From positions 1 to 64,000 of IMG/VR virus record IMGVR_UViG_3300037247_001890: a stretch of DNA of 64,000 bases. One strand, given 5' to 3'. Of the stretch, positions 24,101 through 35,504 are shown piece after piece (position 1 is the stretch's first letter; each line of letters opens with the position of its first letter). The stretch is from a virus. The position numbers were made by a program, and so were the translations under genes. The notes under the pieces are model-generated. The model saw nothing but the letters and a program-made list of their open reading frames with translations. It was not told the origin of the DNA and did not search any database.

Positions 24101-27100
24101 GGGTCAGACAAGGAAAAAGATGTAAAGATTAGTCAATTTATTGGCCTTAATTATGTCAAAACTGAACATACAAACGGGATCCAAATGATAATTTGGGGCC
24201 TTAACATCATGTTTGCATGGGGGAAAGAACGAAATGGACGCAGTTGATAGAAAATATCTATTAGATAGGATAAAAGAACTCATTATAGAGCATGGTCGCG
24301 TTGCTAGGTGGGGATTGTACGTCATGGTTTCTGCTACACTGATTAAAACTTGTATCATGCAGAAAGATATACATCACATTGAACATCAACTCGACAGGAT
24401 AGAAAATCAACTACAACAGGAGGAGACAAAATGAAAATTCATATATCAACTCTTGCGTTATTCTTCTGGGGTTTTATAATACTATTTGCAGGATTAAGTA
24501 ATGATTTTCTTATGACATGTCTTGCTATGGTTGGACTTTGTTTTGCATTGTATTGGCATATCTGGCATTTAAAATCGGAAAAAGAATTTGAAGAGGACCC
24601 TATAGATGTAATGCAGACGTACTATCTGAGGGACGGAACCAAAATACGAGCAGTGCCTGAGAAAGATTTTCATATAATTAGCAAAAGCTTATTTGCCACA
24701 CTTGAACAAGTCGAGAAACTGCAGAAAGAAAAAGCAAGTTCAATAGCCAAGTGGTTCAAAAAAGGCCAGAATTCCGCAAAACGGAAAAACAAAAGCGGAT
24801 GCTGCTGTATTATAAACGACGACGATGAAATTGTAAGTATGTGTGGTGCACATGAAGACCATGTAGAAGAATTAAAAAGTCTAATGCGTGAAGTTTCATC
24901 GGCTGACTGGTTTATCCGATACAACGATGAATTCAACGAACGTTGGAAGAAAGCGTTAGAAAGTTAGTAGGGAGATTAGATGGAAAAACCAACAGAAGGC
25001 TGGAAATGGCTAATGAATGCTGAAAAGTGGCATTATTTCGTTGATAATAAGTCACTGTGTAGTAGATGGGGCACATTCAGTATGAATGCTCTTGAGAAAG
25101 GAATGGACGACTCACCTGATAATTGCAAAATGTGCAGAAGGAAACTTAAATCAAGACAGGCGAAAGGAGAAGTATCATGAGTAACAAAAGAGAAGTGAAA
25201 GTAGCAGTTAAAAAACATGGACGTAATTGGATTAATCATGAACGACCGCCCTATTGTCCGGAGTGCGAAGGAAAGAACATTAAACATTCCATCAGCATGA
25301 TTTATTCAGGAAAAGAAAGGAAATACGCTGCAGAGTGTTTATGCTTAGACTGCGGATGTGAATTTACGCTTGTGCGTATTGAGGAGGAGGAAGATGAAAC
25401 TGACAACTGAGCAGAAGACAGAATTGAGAAAAATTTATGGCCTTACACATAGAGGCATGGCCCATAAGTGGAGATTTACATCAACGGGCCATCCGTGGTT
25501 TGACTCAACACAGCCCTACTTCAGGCACTTTGAACGTAGATTTAAGAAATTGGGTGGAATGACTCCTGAAATAAGCAAATCTATAGGATGGGAGTGAACA
25601 TGAAGCTTAAAAAATTAAAAAAGAAACTTGAGGAAATGTCCCAAGAAGCATGGGACAAAATGGGCTATCCAGGTACGCCGGGCTGGGAAAAACGTGCTAC
25701 AGACGATGAGAAACACCATTGTGGCAGATATCGTGCTTTAGAGGATGTGTTAGATCTTTTAGAGAAAAAGTAAATAAATAAAGGAGGTATTATGTATTTT
25801 TCAATAACAGTGGCAGTATGGGTAATAATCACTACCATACTAACCGTAACACTGATAAGACGAAGCAAGTGGAAACTCTACAATCCCGACTGGGCTGAAA
25901 TAGCAGCGAATAAACATGTTGAAGAAAAACGTCTTAAACGTGACAGACGCAAGAAATTTGATATGGAAATTCATCCGGATAGACGAAAAACATACAGATC
26001 AAAAGTTTAGGGGAACTTATGTTTAATGAAAAAGATGATAAACAGCGAATCAAGAGGATTACTACCATCGAAGGTACTACTGATGATCAGTTTTTAAAAG
26101 AATGCTACGGGCTTGGTGCTTTGGCAGCTAGTCTTGCAGAAATGGAAGAAGCAATCAGTGGTTGTAAATGCGAGGGTGTTGATCTCTCAGATATGAAAAG
26201 GCAATTTCCTGCGGATTACAAAAGGATGATTAAATCTATGAAAAGAGGGGAACTGGATAAAGTTTATGATGAAGTTAAAGCTTATCTGGTAGCATATAAA
26301 ACTGCACACTTGTTAGTTCTGGACGGAGACGATGATGATAGATTGGCATCTGTTTTGAACGGTCCTCTATGTGGGGTTCCTTCCGAAGAAAAGTTATTAC
26401 ACTGATTACAAGGCGACATGTGTCGCCTTTTTATCTTAAAATGGAATAAGATAAGTGTAGAACATTTAACCTTTAGGAGGAATATTATGTTTAATAAATC
26501 ATTGAAATACTCAATCATCATTTTATGTATTGCATTACTCAGTTGTAAACCGGTAGACATAACTAGTCCCATGCCAATGATGCGAACATTGAATGTGACG
26601 TACTATGCCAGCGATGAATTTTATTTTGGATCAACCGGGATTCAGACAGCCATTCCAATGCTAAGGGAAAAGGGCGTCAAGGATGGTGATCTCATTAATA
26701 TTGCTGAAACATCTTTCTTTATTGAAAGACAAGGAATTGACATGAACGATGCTTACATAATCCGTGTAGGTGGGGACTCTGATAGAAATTATATTTTCAG
26801 CGACATAATCGAGATCAAAGAAGATGATATTATTACGTCGTCTACTTATGAGAAGCAAAACATATCCTGCCATGATCCGGTATGGGTTGTTGAATCTCTA
26901 CACCCAGTAAAAATAACAGTGGAGATGAAGATTTACATCGTTAGTAATTAGGTCATAAGACGCAGACTAGTCTGCGTCTTTTTTAGATAAGGATTATGAA
27001 AATGAACCAACTTAAAAAAACTCAAATAATTTTAACCGAGAAGGATTATTCTATAATGGAGAAAGAAATAAGTAGAACAACGGACGCTCTGAAAGAACGT

Positions 27101-28178
27101 AAGAAAGGCACACACTCACAAGAAATAGAACTTGCACTGACACAATTGCAAGAAGCCATACTAAAAGTAGATAAAAATTTTAGTACATTAATATCGGATT
27201 TAACCGGGGATCCCCCAGAAGACCAGATACGCACAGAAAACCAAGACATTATCAAAGAAACTGTTCAAGTACCATTGTTAGTAGTACTACGAGAAACACC
27301 AGACCAATTAATATTCATGACACAAAAACTGATGGAAATAGATAAACGGATAGAATATGTCCGTGGGATGTTGATAGGGAATCTTTGCTAGAAGATAAAA
27401 GCGACATGCGTCGCTTTTTTTACCTTAAAGTGGCATAAGATAGATAATGTACATTATCTAAGGAGAAATTATTATGAGTATTTTCAAGAAGTGGTTTGGT
27501 CGTAGGAAAAGGGATGACTACTACAATGTGCCAGTACAATCCCCTGGACTTGATGATAATTACCTAATTGATTTTCATGTGGGTTTCATGGGACCCGACA
27601 GCCCAATGATCGCAACAGGTAGGGTTGATTCAAAGCCGAAGAAAGTTAAAGTGAAGCCTAAGGATGTCCTTGATGAACTGGGACGTATTCCTTCCATGTG
27701 GTCCCTCGAGCATATCGATGAGAAGATTGATATAATGAAAGACAAGGTGGAACTTCTAAATCAAGAATATGCACAAAAAGAACTCGAGGATTTTATCTCT
27801 CGACTTGAGAATCGAAAGAAACTCCATGATAAAGATAAGGATAAAAGAACCTTCCTGTCGTATTTTCAGCAGTTCGATACAACGACCGATGAAAAAGTCA
27901 AAGTTCTCACAGATAAATATTCCCTTGTGATGAAGGACGCTGACATCTTTGTTCCTGAGTTTCCAATAGAGGCGGTAGAAATAATGAAACTCTTTACCAG
28001 TAAAGTAAAGAAAGTAACAGGAAAAAAACCTATTTACTATGTGATTGCTGAAGAGGGCATGTTTAAAGAAAAATATGCGCGTCGTGATCCTATTTTATTG
28101 GCACAGTCCCCGTTTGGCTTTTATTATCATATCCTCGGAGCATGGGATACAGAGATGGTATACTTGCCAGAATTATAA
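21119..28178 (+). other. run of small phage hypothetical ORFs (several Cys-pair Zn-ribbon and membrane/lipoprotein-like)
   Basis: Co-oriented, overlapping ORFs in the ORF track; no recognisable family. Confidence 0.6.
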
Positions 28179-28189
28179 AAGAAAAAGCC

Positions 28190-28858
28190 CTAAATGTTTA
28201 GGGCTTTTTTAAGTTCTTTCATGGTGAGGTGTTTTACATTAACCTCAAATATGTATGCGTCTTTGGGTATTAACCATCTTTCAAATAGTTGCATATATTT
28301 TGGATTCCATTTAAATTTCCAATAATCTGTGCCCTTTAATTTACCTTGGAGTCCTACTTTTTGATCGTCAGTCCACGCCCAAGTAAAATTATCCTCCTCG
28401 TAACGATCGATACTTTTTTCAAAGTATGCAAATTTAGTTAAGCAATCAGATTTAACCAATACACTAATTTTTCTAGTTTTAATACCAAGTAGGTCAGCAT
28501 GATTTTCTACCTTGTCATTCCAGAAGCGAATCAACGCGTTTCCAATATACTGTGGATGATCATTAGCACTAAGGTCGGCATAACCTAGTTCATTGGCTTT
28601 ACCGAATACATCAGCACGAGCAATGATTGGTTCGACCCGGGCTCCAATAGCCACAGAACCTCTAATAGTTTTAACAGATCTGCCAATGCCACTTTCCAAA
28701 TCTACTACGTCATAAAGTAGCTTTGTCGGTATATGAAATATATCATAAGCATCAGATACTAGATATTCCCAGTTGTCTCCATTGAGCTTGCCTGCGAAGG
28801 GCATACTTAGTATAACTTCTACATTTTCTTTTATAACCTTTTTAAATTTATCTGTCAT
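28190..28858 (-). CDS. putative PD-(D/E)xK restriction-endonuclease-like protein
   Basis: WE...YDVV...SVKT spacing resembles type II REase catalytic motifs. Confidence 0.4.
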   Translation of the reverse strand: MTDKFKKVIKENVEVILSMPFAGKLNGDNWEYLVSDAYDIFHIPTKLLYDVVDLESGIGRSVKTIRGSVAIGARVEPIIARADVFGKANELGYADLSANDHPQYIGNALIRFWNDKVENHADLLGIKTRKISVLVKSDCLTKFAYFEKSIDRYEEDNFTWAWTDDQKVGLQGKLKGTDYWKFKWNPKYMQLFERWLIPKDAYIFEVNVKHLTMKELKKALNI

Positions 28859-28863
28859 GTTCT

Positions 28864-28892
28864 AATTTACAAAAAAATATGGACTTATGCAA
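28864..28892 (-). promoter_or_regulatory. sigma70-type leaderless promoter
   Basis: TTGCAT-17-TAAATT; ATG 5 nt after -10. Confidence 0.6.
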
Positions 28893-28894
28893 GT

Positions 28895-29899
28895 TTAAAT
28901 ACGATAACTAGAGTGAATTTCTCTCAATTTTTCGAGAGGTATTTGCATAAATACATTGAGGATTTCAGAATCGAATTGGCCCTCTTCATTTTTCATAAGC
29001 TGTAGTGCTGGGCCAAATTTCATTTCACTGCGATATTGACGATGGCTCGTCAAGGCATCGAACACATCACAAATAGCCAACATTCTTGATTCGTAAGGGA
29101 TTTCGTCTCCTTTTAAATTATAAGGATAACCGGAGCCATCCATTCGTTCGTGATGTGAAAGCACAATATCAGGTATGTCTTTGAATTCTTTTGGTAGTTT
29201 TGTTTTTTCTAATATTTGTTTGCCAATTATTGTATGTTTTTTAACCTCTACAAACTGCATTTCGTCTAAACGTCCATTTTTTTGTAGTAATCTTTCTGAT
29301 ATACCAATTTTACCTATATCGTGTAAGAGGGATGCATATTTTATTCTCTCACATGTAACACTATCCAAATTTAATAAATGGCATAATTCTAATGCATATA
29401 AGGCAGTTCGTTTAGAGTGGCCACTTGTTACGAAGTCTCGGGAATCTATAGCAGCACTGAGTGTATCTACAAAAGATTCAAAAGTTTCTTTCATTGCCAG
29501 GTGAACTTTAGCATTTTGATATATTGATGCTATGACTTTAGCAGCCTCTCTAAAAATATTTTTTTCTCTCAAAGTTAATTTTTTATTGCGTGTTGTTTGT
29601 ATGACGCCTAAAGTTTCACCGCGATTGGAAGTAAAAGGTAGATACGTTGAACTATTTTTACAAATTTCTTTTTTAAATCTAAAAGCATCATAAAACAGTC
29701 CTAGTCCTCGTGGGATTTCTATGGTTGGTGTTTCACAGCCAACAGAAAAACTGTCAGTTTCTTCATCGTAAATATAAATTATTACATCAGAAGCTTCTCC
29801 AAAAAGTATTTTGAGTTCTTTTACAGATTGCTCTATAACTAAGCAAGGATCTAAAAGATCCATGATATTGTACATTAAAATCCCTATTTCATTCCTCAT
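28895..29899 (-). CDS. GAF + HD-GYP cyclic-dinucleotide phosphodiesterase
   Basis: TSGHS.R, LLHDIGKIG, HHERMDGSGYP, AICDVFDALTS.R.Y. Confidence 0.9.
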   Translation of the reverse strand: MRNEIGILMYNIMDLLDPCLVIEQSVKELKILFGEASDVIIYIYDEETDSFSVGCETPTIEIPRGLGLFYDAFRFKKEICKNSSTYLPFTSNRGETLGVIQTTRNKKLTLREKNIFREAAKVIASIYQNAKVHLAMKETFESFVDTLSAAIDSRDFVTSGHSKRTALYALELCHLLNLDSVTCERIKYASLLHDIGKIGISERLLQKNGRLDEMQFVEVKKHTIIGKQILEKTKLPKEFKDIPDIVLSHHERMDGSGYPYNLKGDEIPYESRMLAICDVFDALTSHRQYRSEMKFGPALQLMKNEEGQFDSEILNVFMQIPLEKLREIHSSYRI

Positions 29900-29904
29900 G
29901 AGTA

Positions 29905-29933
29905 AATATAATTGTCTTTAAATAGAATGTCAA
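29905..29933 (-). promoter_or_regulatory. sigma70-type leaderless promoter
   Basis: TTGACA-17-TATATT; ATG 5 nt after -10. Confidence 0.7.
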
Positions 29934-29990
29934 CTGTAGATTAAAATAGGCATAAGAAACATGTTAACCATATAAATTTAGGAGATTATT

Positions 29991-30860
29991 ATGGATTCAT
30001 CAAAATTACACGAAGCAGCTTCTCTAATGCACAATACTTTTGGGGAAGCATCTCCGATAGCTATGAGGTTATTCGCAATGCGAATAAACAATGAATCGGA
30101 GAAGAGTTTAAATGAATTTTTGGGAACTTCTGTTGCTAGTGGACGATTTCCATTATCGCATCTCGCTGATATTGCAGCACTTTTACAACTAACGGATCAT
30201 AAAAAATCGGCGCAAGACCGTGAACTTAACATGAATACAGAACGCAAACGGGCTACCATTGAGAAAATATTACGTGATCCTGCAATAAGTAGAAAATCGA
30301 ACAATACGATTGCAAAGATGATTCAGGTTGCGCCTGCCACAGTTGCTAAAGTAAGAAAAGAGATGCAAAAGTCTGGAGAATTGCCACGGATGGAAAAAAT
30401 TGAAGTTGAACGTGAGGGAAAAATTTACAAAATGAAGGCAAAACGAAAAAATCCGGAAGAGGAACAACTGGATAGAGCAGTCGAAATAGTAGAAGCCAAG
30501 ATTGAATTCAAACCTTACGGCGCCGGCATGGTACGGATAGAGGGTATTCCTGACAATGGTATTCACCGAGGTCCTATAGTAATAAATGAACATGTGACAT
30601 CCAGAAAGAATAATATAGGACCAAAGCCATCACCTAAATATGAAGTCATTCCTATATTAAATTGTATATTCCATAACAAGGATGTTCATGGTATAGCAAA
30701 TCGAAGCAGATTACAGGAATTTTCTGGATCAATATCAGAATTAAAATTCTTTTCTTCCGATATTAGACACGGAATGGCCAGAAAAAAAATCACAGAGAGA
30801 ATTTTAAGAGTAGCTTACATACTTAATGGGGAATGTGTGGTGGGATTGGCAACCCAGTAA
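29991..30860 (+). CDS. putative HTH DNA-binding protein
   Basis: SNNTIAKMIQVAPATVAKVRK helix-turn-helix-like segment. Confidence 0.5.
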   Translation: MDSSKLHEAASLMHNTFGEASPIAMRLFAMRINNESEKSLNEFLGTSVASGRFPLSHLADIAALLQLTDHKKSAQDRELNMNTERKRATIEKILRDPAISRKSNNTIAKMIQVAPATVAKVRKEMQKSGELPRMEKIEVEREGKIYKMKAKRKNPEEEQLDRAVEIVEAKIEFKPYGAGMVRIEGIPDNGIHRGPIVINEHVTSRKNNIGPKPSPKYEVIPILNCIFHNKDVHGIANRSRLQEFSGSISELKFFSSDIRHGMARKKITERILRVAYILNGECVVGLATQ

Positions 30861-30861
30861 A

Positions 30862-30895
30862 AATAAAAAAGGGCTGACTAAGTCGGCCCTCTTTT
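30862..30895. terminator. bidirectional terminator between convergent genes
   Basis: aaaa-gggctgac-taa-gtcggccc-tctttt. Confidence 0.6.
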
Positions 30896-31025
30896 GTAAG
30901 ATGCGTACGTTATATCCCTTTTAAAATTTTTTTGAATTGTTTGCAATGCTTGCAAGGAGCTTGGATATACAATATAATTTACAAAATTCTGTCCCAAAAA
31001 TCAAATAAAAAAGGGACAAAAGTAT

Positions 31026-32942
31026 CTAGTTTTTCGTTTTTTTCGAGAGTGTCTGTAGTTCGTAAAGCTTTGCTGTCACGATTGTCAGGTTTTCCATTGC
31101 CTCTCTTACGGCCTCTTCAGGCACCGAGTCTAAACCTAGACGTACACTCATTAGAAGCCTAGACAAACCCATAATCACTTCTTCATAAAGTGGGATGGCT
31201 TCGAAAAATTCAGTGACATTTTTTTTATTTAAAAAACGTAAAGAAAGAACAGAGTCAACTGTCAAGTTATCTGTTAATACCGCAGCATGTTTTACCATGT
31301 CTAGCAAACTATCGTCTACTATGTTTGTTGCATCTGCGAGTTTCTCATTCCATTCTTCGACGTATGTCGAAAAAGGTTGAGGACAGGACAATTTAGAAGA
31401 AAAATAATGTTTTTCACCCTCTTTTAAGGCTATTTTTTCCATTTCTGCAGGAGTAACTCCCATTTGAACCATATTCCATCTTGTATCGGCATGACTAAGA
31501 TCGTTCAAACTGTGGCCTAATTTTGCATATTTGTCGAAAGTTATTCCGCCAAATGCATAAACATTGCCATCGATATTCATGACCCAGTCACCGGACGGTG
31601 TATTTTCTGGGAAACTAACTAAATTTTCTTTAATGTGGCCAAGTTTTACAAAATCTGTATCTTTTGGCAAGTAATAAGTACTTATTTCTTCATCATATGT
31701 TGGTTTTTTTATGCCATTCCACATAGAAATGTTAACAACATTCAAGCCATCAAAAGCCTCTATGTCTACAGCACCATTAATATTTGATACTTTTTCCAGA
31801 AAAACAGGCTTAGTGACGCCATTTTCCAACAAAAATACGCCAAAGTCTGCTTTTTTGTATATTTTTTTCTTTTTACTATGTTTACTGTATTTACCATGCT
31901 TCTTATCACACTTAGCTATTTTAATTGAACCATCCGCAGGTGGCTTGGTATTGATTGTATCAACTTTGGTTGTTGTAGATGGCATTTTTGGGGGCATCTT
32001 TATTGCGAATTTACCCGTTGAGGTAGTAATTGTAGTTATCCCGCCTGCCGCCTCTTTTATATTGTAATTATCTTTGTCATCGGAGAACAAAGAGAGACCA
32101 GTCTCTCCACCATCAAAATTAACGATAGGCGCTTCAGAAGTGACCTCGCTTGGTAATGTAAATTCTTTGTATTCTTTCACTGCGGCACTTTTTTCTAATG
32201 TTGTATAAGCTTCCTTTACATTTCCTTCTTCTAATACAACAGAAACTTTATTATCTACATCTGAATTCCCGAGAAATGCAGTATACTCAAATTTACCAGT
32301 CTTTTCTATGGTAAAAATATTTCTTGGCAACATTTTTTCTGCTAACTTTTTATCTGCAACAGCATCATCGCATTTTAATTCAGCGATTTTTTCTATAACG
32401 GAATAAGTTCCATTATTTATGAAACCTTCTTTCAATTCAGGAGTGGATTCTACCTCATCAAGAAAATCCTGTTGGGCTTTTTTGGTTATTCCTCCTGCTA
32501 TAGTTTCTAACACGCTGGAATATTTATCTATACTCCAAGGCACGTGTAAATCTCTGCTGAATAAACGAACAGTTGGATCAACATCATCAAGGGGTACAGC
32601 CCTGGAAAAGGCCGATTCCCGTGTAAAAAGTGCTCCGACAGATTGATCTGTTAATGGTACCAGATTTCCACCTGCAACTGCAACATCCATATTTTTCAGA
32701 TAAAAATCTTGCACGACAACTGGAACAGAAATACCGTTATTTCCAACAGCTATTCCACCTATCGCGTAGCCTTTAGTATCATCTTTCTGCGTAAATGTTA
32801 ACCGTGTTGGTAAATGTGAGAGTTGAGGAAATTCTTCGTGGAAGTAGGAAATAATTTCCTTCGTCCATTGCGTTGTATCTTTACTTAGCGTTTGTGAAGA
32901 AATTTTTTCAAACTCTGGTTGTTTAACAAACAAATTTTCCAT
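31026..32942 (-). CDS. large hypothetical protein, probably virion/head-associated
   Basis: 638-aa ORF co-oriented with the spike gene; recurrent (E/D)KxA/S motifs. Confidence 0.45.
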   Translation of the reverse strand: MENLFVKQPEFEKISSQTLSKDTTQWTKEIISYFHEEFPQLSHLPTRLTFTQKDDTKGYAIGGIAVGNNGISVPVVVQDFYLKNMDVAVAGGNLVPLTDQSVGALFTRESAFSRAVPLDDVDPTVRLFSRDLHVPWSIDKYSSVLETIAGGITKKAQQDFLDEVESTPELKEGFINNGTYSVIEKIAELKCDDAVADKKLAEKMLPRNIFTIEKTGKFEYTAFLGNSDVDNKVSVVLEEGNVKEAYTTLEKSAAVKEYKEFTLPSEVTSEAPIVNFDGGETGLSLFSDDKDNYNIKEAAGGITTITTSTGKFAIKMPPKMPSTTTKVDTINTKPPADGSIKIAKCDKKHGKYSKHSKKKKIYKKADFGVFLLENGVTKPVFLEKVSNINGAVDIEAFDGLNVVNISMWNGIKKPTYDEEISTYYLPKDTDFVKLGHIKENLVSFPENTPSGDWVMNIDGNVYAFGGITFDKYAKLGHSLNDLSHADTRWNMVQMGVTPAEMEKIALKEGEKHYFSSKLSCPQPFSTYVEEWNEKLADATNIVDDSLLDMVKHAAVLTDNLTVDSVLSLRFLNKKNVTEFFEAIPLYEEVIMGLSRLLMSVRLGLDSVPEEAVREAMENLTIVTAKLYELQTLSKKTKN

Positions 32943-32961
32943 TTTTAATTTATCCTATTTT

Positions 32962-33165
32962 TTATTTTTTTGGGAATCTTTTTTGTAAATTTTTTATGAG
33001 GATTTTACCTTCAGGATTAAATCTCAATTGCTTGTCCATATTTTTTAAAATACTATTAGTGGTATCTTCAAAAATCCATGAAGGATCAGATGTATTTCTT
33101 AATCTATTTTTAATGGCGGAAAAAACTTTTTTTTGACTAATTGCCAACTTCTCAAAGTATTTCAT
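32962..33165 (-). CDS. MKYFEK-family small protein
   Basis: N-terminus MKYFEKLA shared with 33718..33936 and 33940..34209. Confidence 0.6.
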   Translation of the reverse strand: MKYFEKLAISQKKVFSAIKNRLRNTSDPSWIFEDTTNSILKNMDKQLRFNPEGKILIKNLQKRFPKK

Positions 33166-33171
33166 TTTGCC

Positions 33172-33714
33172 TTATGTTATTGCCGCCGTTATTGGTGGCG
33201 CCGGCACTGGACCGCTCGGCCCAGGCATCATTCCTGTTATTGTTACCTGTACTGTTTTTGTAAATTTATCCATAGCGTTTGCCCACACGCCTGCGGCCAC
33301 ACTCAAATTTCTTGTTGGTATCAGTGATGCTATTGCTGCGGCTGTTGGTATTCCTGGCGTACTGACAGTTGCTAAAATCTCAGAAATCATTGGAGCTGCT
33401 GGAACAGATGTTTTGAATGTTACCCCAGTCCAAAATACTACTAATGCACTGCCCAATGCATTTCCTAGTTGTATTGCCGCGGTTGCCTCTGTGATTCCTT
33501 TTGTATTTACGCCATCCATGGCGGCTGATAATATTGGCACTGCTGCATTCTTTGCAGGAAATCCTGAAGCTGTATCTGTGCTTATATCTTGTCCTGCACT
33601 GGCATATGTTTCATATACATCAAACAAGTCAGTCGCAAAAGTATTTGCAGAATCTGCGTCATTGCCCAAAAAACTTACTATGTCCGATTTTAAACCTGAT
33701 TTGATCAAAGGCAT
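33172..33714 (-). CDS. Ala/Pro-rich protein, probably baseplate/spike-associated
   Basis: Composition and position downstream of the spike gene. Confidence 0.4.
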   Translation of the reverse strand: MPLIKSGLKSDIVSFLGNDADSANTFATDLFDVYETYASAGQDISTDTASGFPAKNAAVPILSAAMDGVNTKGITEATAAIQLGNALGSALVVFWTGVTFKTSVPAAPMISEILATVSTPGIPTAAAIASLIPTRNLSVAAGVWANAMDKFTKTVQVTITGMMPGPSGPVPAPPITAAIT

Positions 33715-33717
33715 TAT

Positions 33718-33936
33718 TTAAAATAGCCCCTTGGATTTGGCTTTACCAAACATCCTTCGAGAGCTGGCAGTGGCAACATAATGTTTTTCATGGATTACTG
33801 CCGCTTTGTCTTCAGGAACTACTTTGACAGGAGCATTAATCACTTTTTTAATTTTTTTATTTTTTTTAGCAATAGCGGCAGCAACTCTTTTTAGTTCTAT
33901 TAATTCTGCTGCAGCTGTTTTCTCAAAGTATTTCAT
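33718..33936 (-). CDS. MKYFEK-family small protein
   Basis: N-terminus MKYFEKTA. Confidence 0.6.
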   Translation of the reverse strand: MKYFEKTAAAELIELKRVAAAIAKKNKKIKKVINAPVKVVPEDKAAVIHEKHYVATASSRRMFGKAKSKGLF

Positions 33937-33939
33937 TTA

Positions 33940-34209
33940 TTATTTTAACACAAGAGCGCCGCCACCAATAGCTGCAGTAGCGCCAGCTCCCAGCAGTGAA
34001 GCTCGAGCTGCATACTGTGCCTTTTCAGCTTTACCTTCTATCTCCCACGCTTTCATATATCTTTTAGGATTTTTAACTATATCTATTTTACTCCTAGCAC
34101 CTTTTACCTTTTCTAGAGTTTTACCTGTAGCAGCCCCGCCAAATCTGGATACACCTTTAATTGCTTTTTGAAAAATGTTCACATTAGATTGTTTCTCAAA
34201 ATATTTCAT
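33940..34209 (-). CDS. MKYFEK-family small protein with glycine-zipper C-terminus
   Basis: N-terminus MKYFEKQS; C-terminal LLGAGATAAIGGGAL. Confidence 0.6.
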   Translation of the reverse strand: MKYFEKQSNVNIFQKAIKGVSRFGGAATGKTLEKVKGARSKIDIVKNPKRYMKAWEIEGKAEKAQYAARASLLGAGATAAIGGGALVLK

Positions 34210-34222
34210 AATTGTCCCTCTG

Positions 34223-35386
34223 TTAAAATTCTTTTATTGTAAAACTTACTTCCGAAAGAAAATCGGTTTTTACGTAACTTGTGAATGGCGCTGTTGGTGC
34301 ACTACTTGGTCCAGCCGGAGTTGGGTGAAAATGCTGATTGAATGCATCAATCAATTCATTTAATTTAGTTCTCAAGCTTTCACCAAGTGCTAAAGGCTCG
34401 GTATTATCTTCTTTGCCTATATAAATTTTAGGACTTTCGAAAAGCATTTGCTTTTCAGAAAAGATCTTAAAAATACCATCATCTTTTGCAGTTACAGTAA
34501 CAGACCCATTCAGATCTAATTTTAAATTTGTTGAGCCATCATCATGCATTATATCCATGATAACATTTCTAGTGCCATCGGATATTGTCCAGTTATGATA
34601 ATAGCCTTTGTTTATAATATAAGATGATGATCCCGCATTGTCAACATCATTTATTTCCAGCTTAAGTAAATTGTCATCATCATCTCTGGAAAGAGATAAA
34701 TATGTTGTTGCAGACTCAACATCACTGCCTTCTGTATATTGTACTGTATTTATATCGAATACGCACGTATCTGTTTCTGCTTTTTCATTTTCTTTTATTG
34801 TACCAGATCTAATTAGGGTATAATCACTTGGAGTCAAATCTTTGAATTGCTCAAAATTCTTTTGTATTTTCCACTCGAATGAAGAAGGTGTGTCAATATC
34901 CGGAGCATCACCTACCGTTTTCCAAGAGAAGTTACCAGCGGAGTTATTCATGTTTATATGCAAAGCATATAAGTTAAATGTATTTTCAGTCTTACCAATC
35001 AAGGACATTCGCGCTGATATTCCTGCCCAAATTCGCAACTCACCGTCTGTTTGCAGAAGAAAATTTCCGGACGTATGTCTTAATATTGCATCATTGTCTC
35101 CCATCTTAGGTCGTGGATATTTATCATCCAGTATCCACCCATTCACTGAACCTGGATGGGTTACATTGTAGTAACCTAATATCCAGAAATCATTAGAGAC
35201 ATCTTCCATGACCAGGCAAGGTGTGCCAACTGGAGCCAGTGAATGTAATCCACCACCTAGTGGATCACATGCTACTGCACTAAGAAATTTAGCTGTCTCG
35301 TCACTTCTTCCAGAATTGTCGAAGTTTACTAAAACTTCGTATGTTTTTTCATTTCTATCAGCTACTGTACACTTGTGAAATTTCAT
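34223..35386 (-). CDS. baseplate central spike (gpV/gp5-like)
   Basis: N-terminal OB-like P.VG..CLV...WILG, beta-rich middle and C-terminal FNQHFHPTPAGPS (HxH) tip; start taken at MKFHKC. Confidence 0.7.
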   Translation of the reverse strand: MKFHKCTVADRNEKTYEVLVNFDNSGRSDETAKFLSAVACDPLGGGLHSLAPVGTPCLVMEDVSNDFWILGYYNVTHPGSVNGWILDDKYPRPKMGDNDAILRHTSGNFLLQTDGELRIWAGISARMSLIGKTENTFNLYALHINMNNSAGNFSWKTVGDAPDIDTPSSFEWKIQKNFEQFKDLTPSDYTLIRSGTIKENEKAETDTCVFDINTVQYTEGSDVESATTYLSLSRDDDDNLLKLEINDVDNAGSSSYIINKGYYHNWTISDGTRNVIMDIMHDDGSTNLKLDLNGSVTVTAKDDGIFKIFSEKQMLFESPKIYIGKEDNTEPLALGESLRTKLNELIDAFNQHFHPTPAGPSSAPTAPFTSYVKTDFLSEVSFTIKEF

Positions 35387-35396
35387 AAGTACTTTA

Positions 35397-35425
35397 AATA
35401 TACAAAAAACTATTATGCAAGTCAA
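35397..35425 (-). promoter_or_regulatory. sigma70-type promoter
   Basis: TTGACT-17-TATATT, 10 nt before the ATG at 35386. Confidence 0.55.
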
Positions 35426-35504
35426 CGAAATTTCGGGAATAAGAAAATTGTATATGTCAAGAGATTTATCTTGATTAATAACCAAATATTTCATAAATTA
35501 CAGT

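Noticed and set aside
33167-33721. 184-aa plus-strand ORF, and similar antisense ORFs throughout
   Set aside because: Shadow of the minus-strand gene 33172..33714, which fits the surrounding operon
34223-35494. 423-aa version of the spike ORF
   Set aside because: The first 36 codons span a promoter-like intergenic region; the start at 35386 follows a sigma70 promoter
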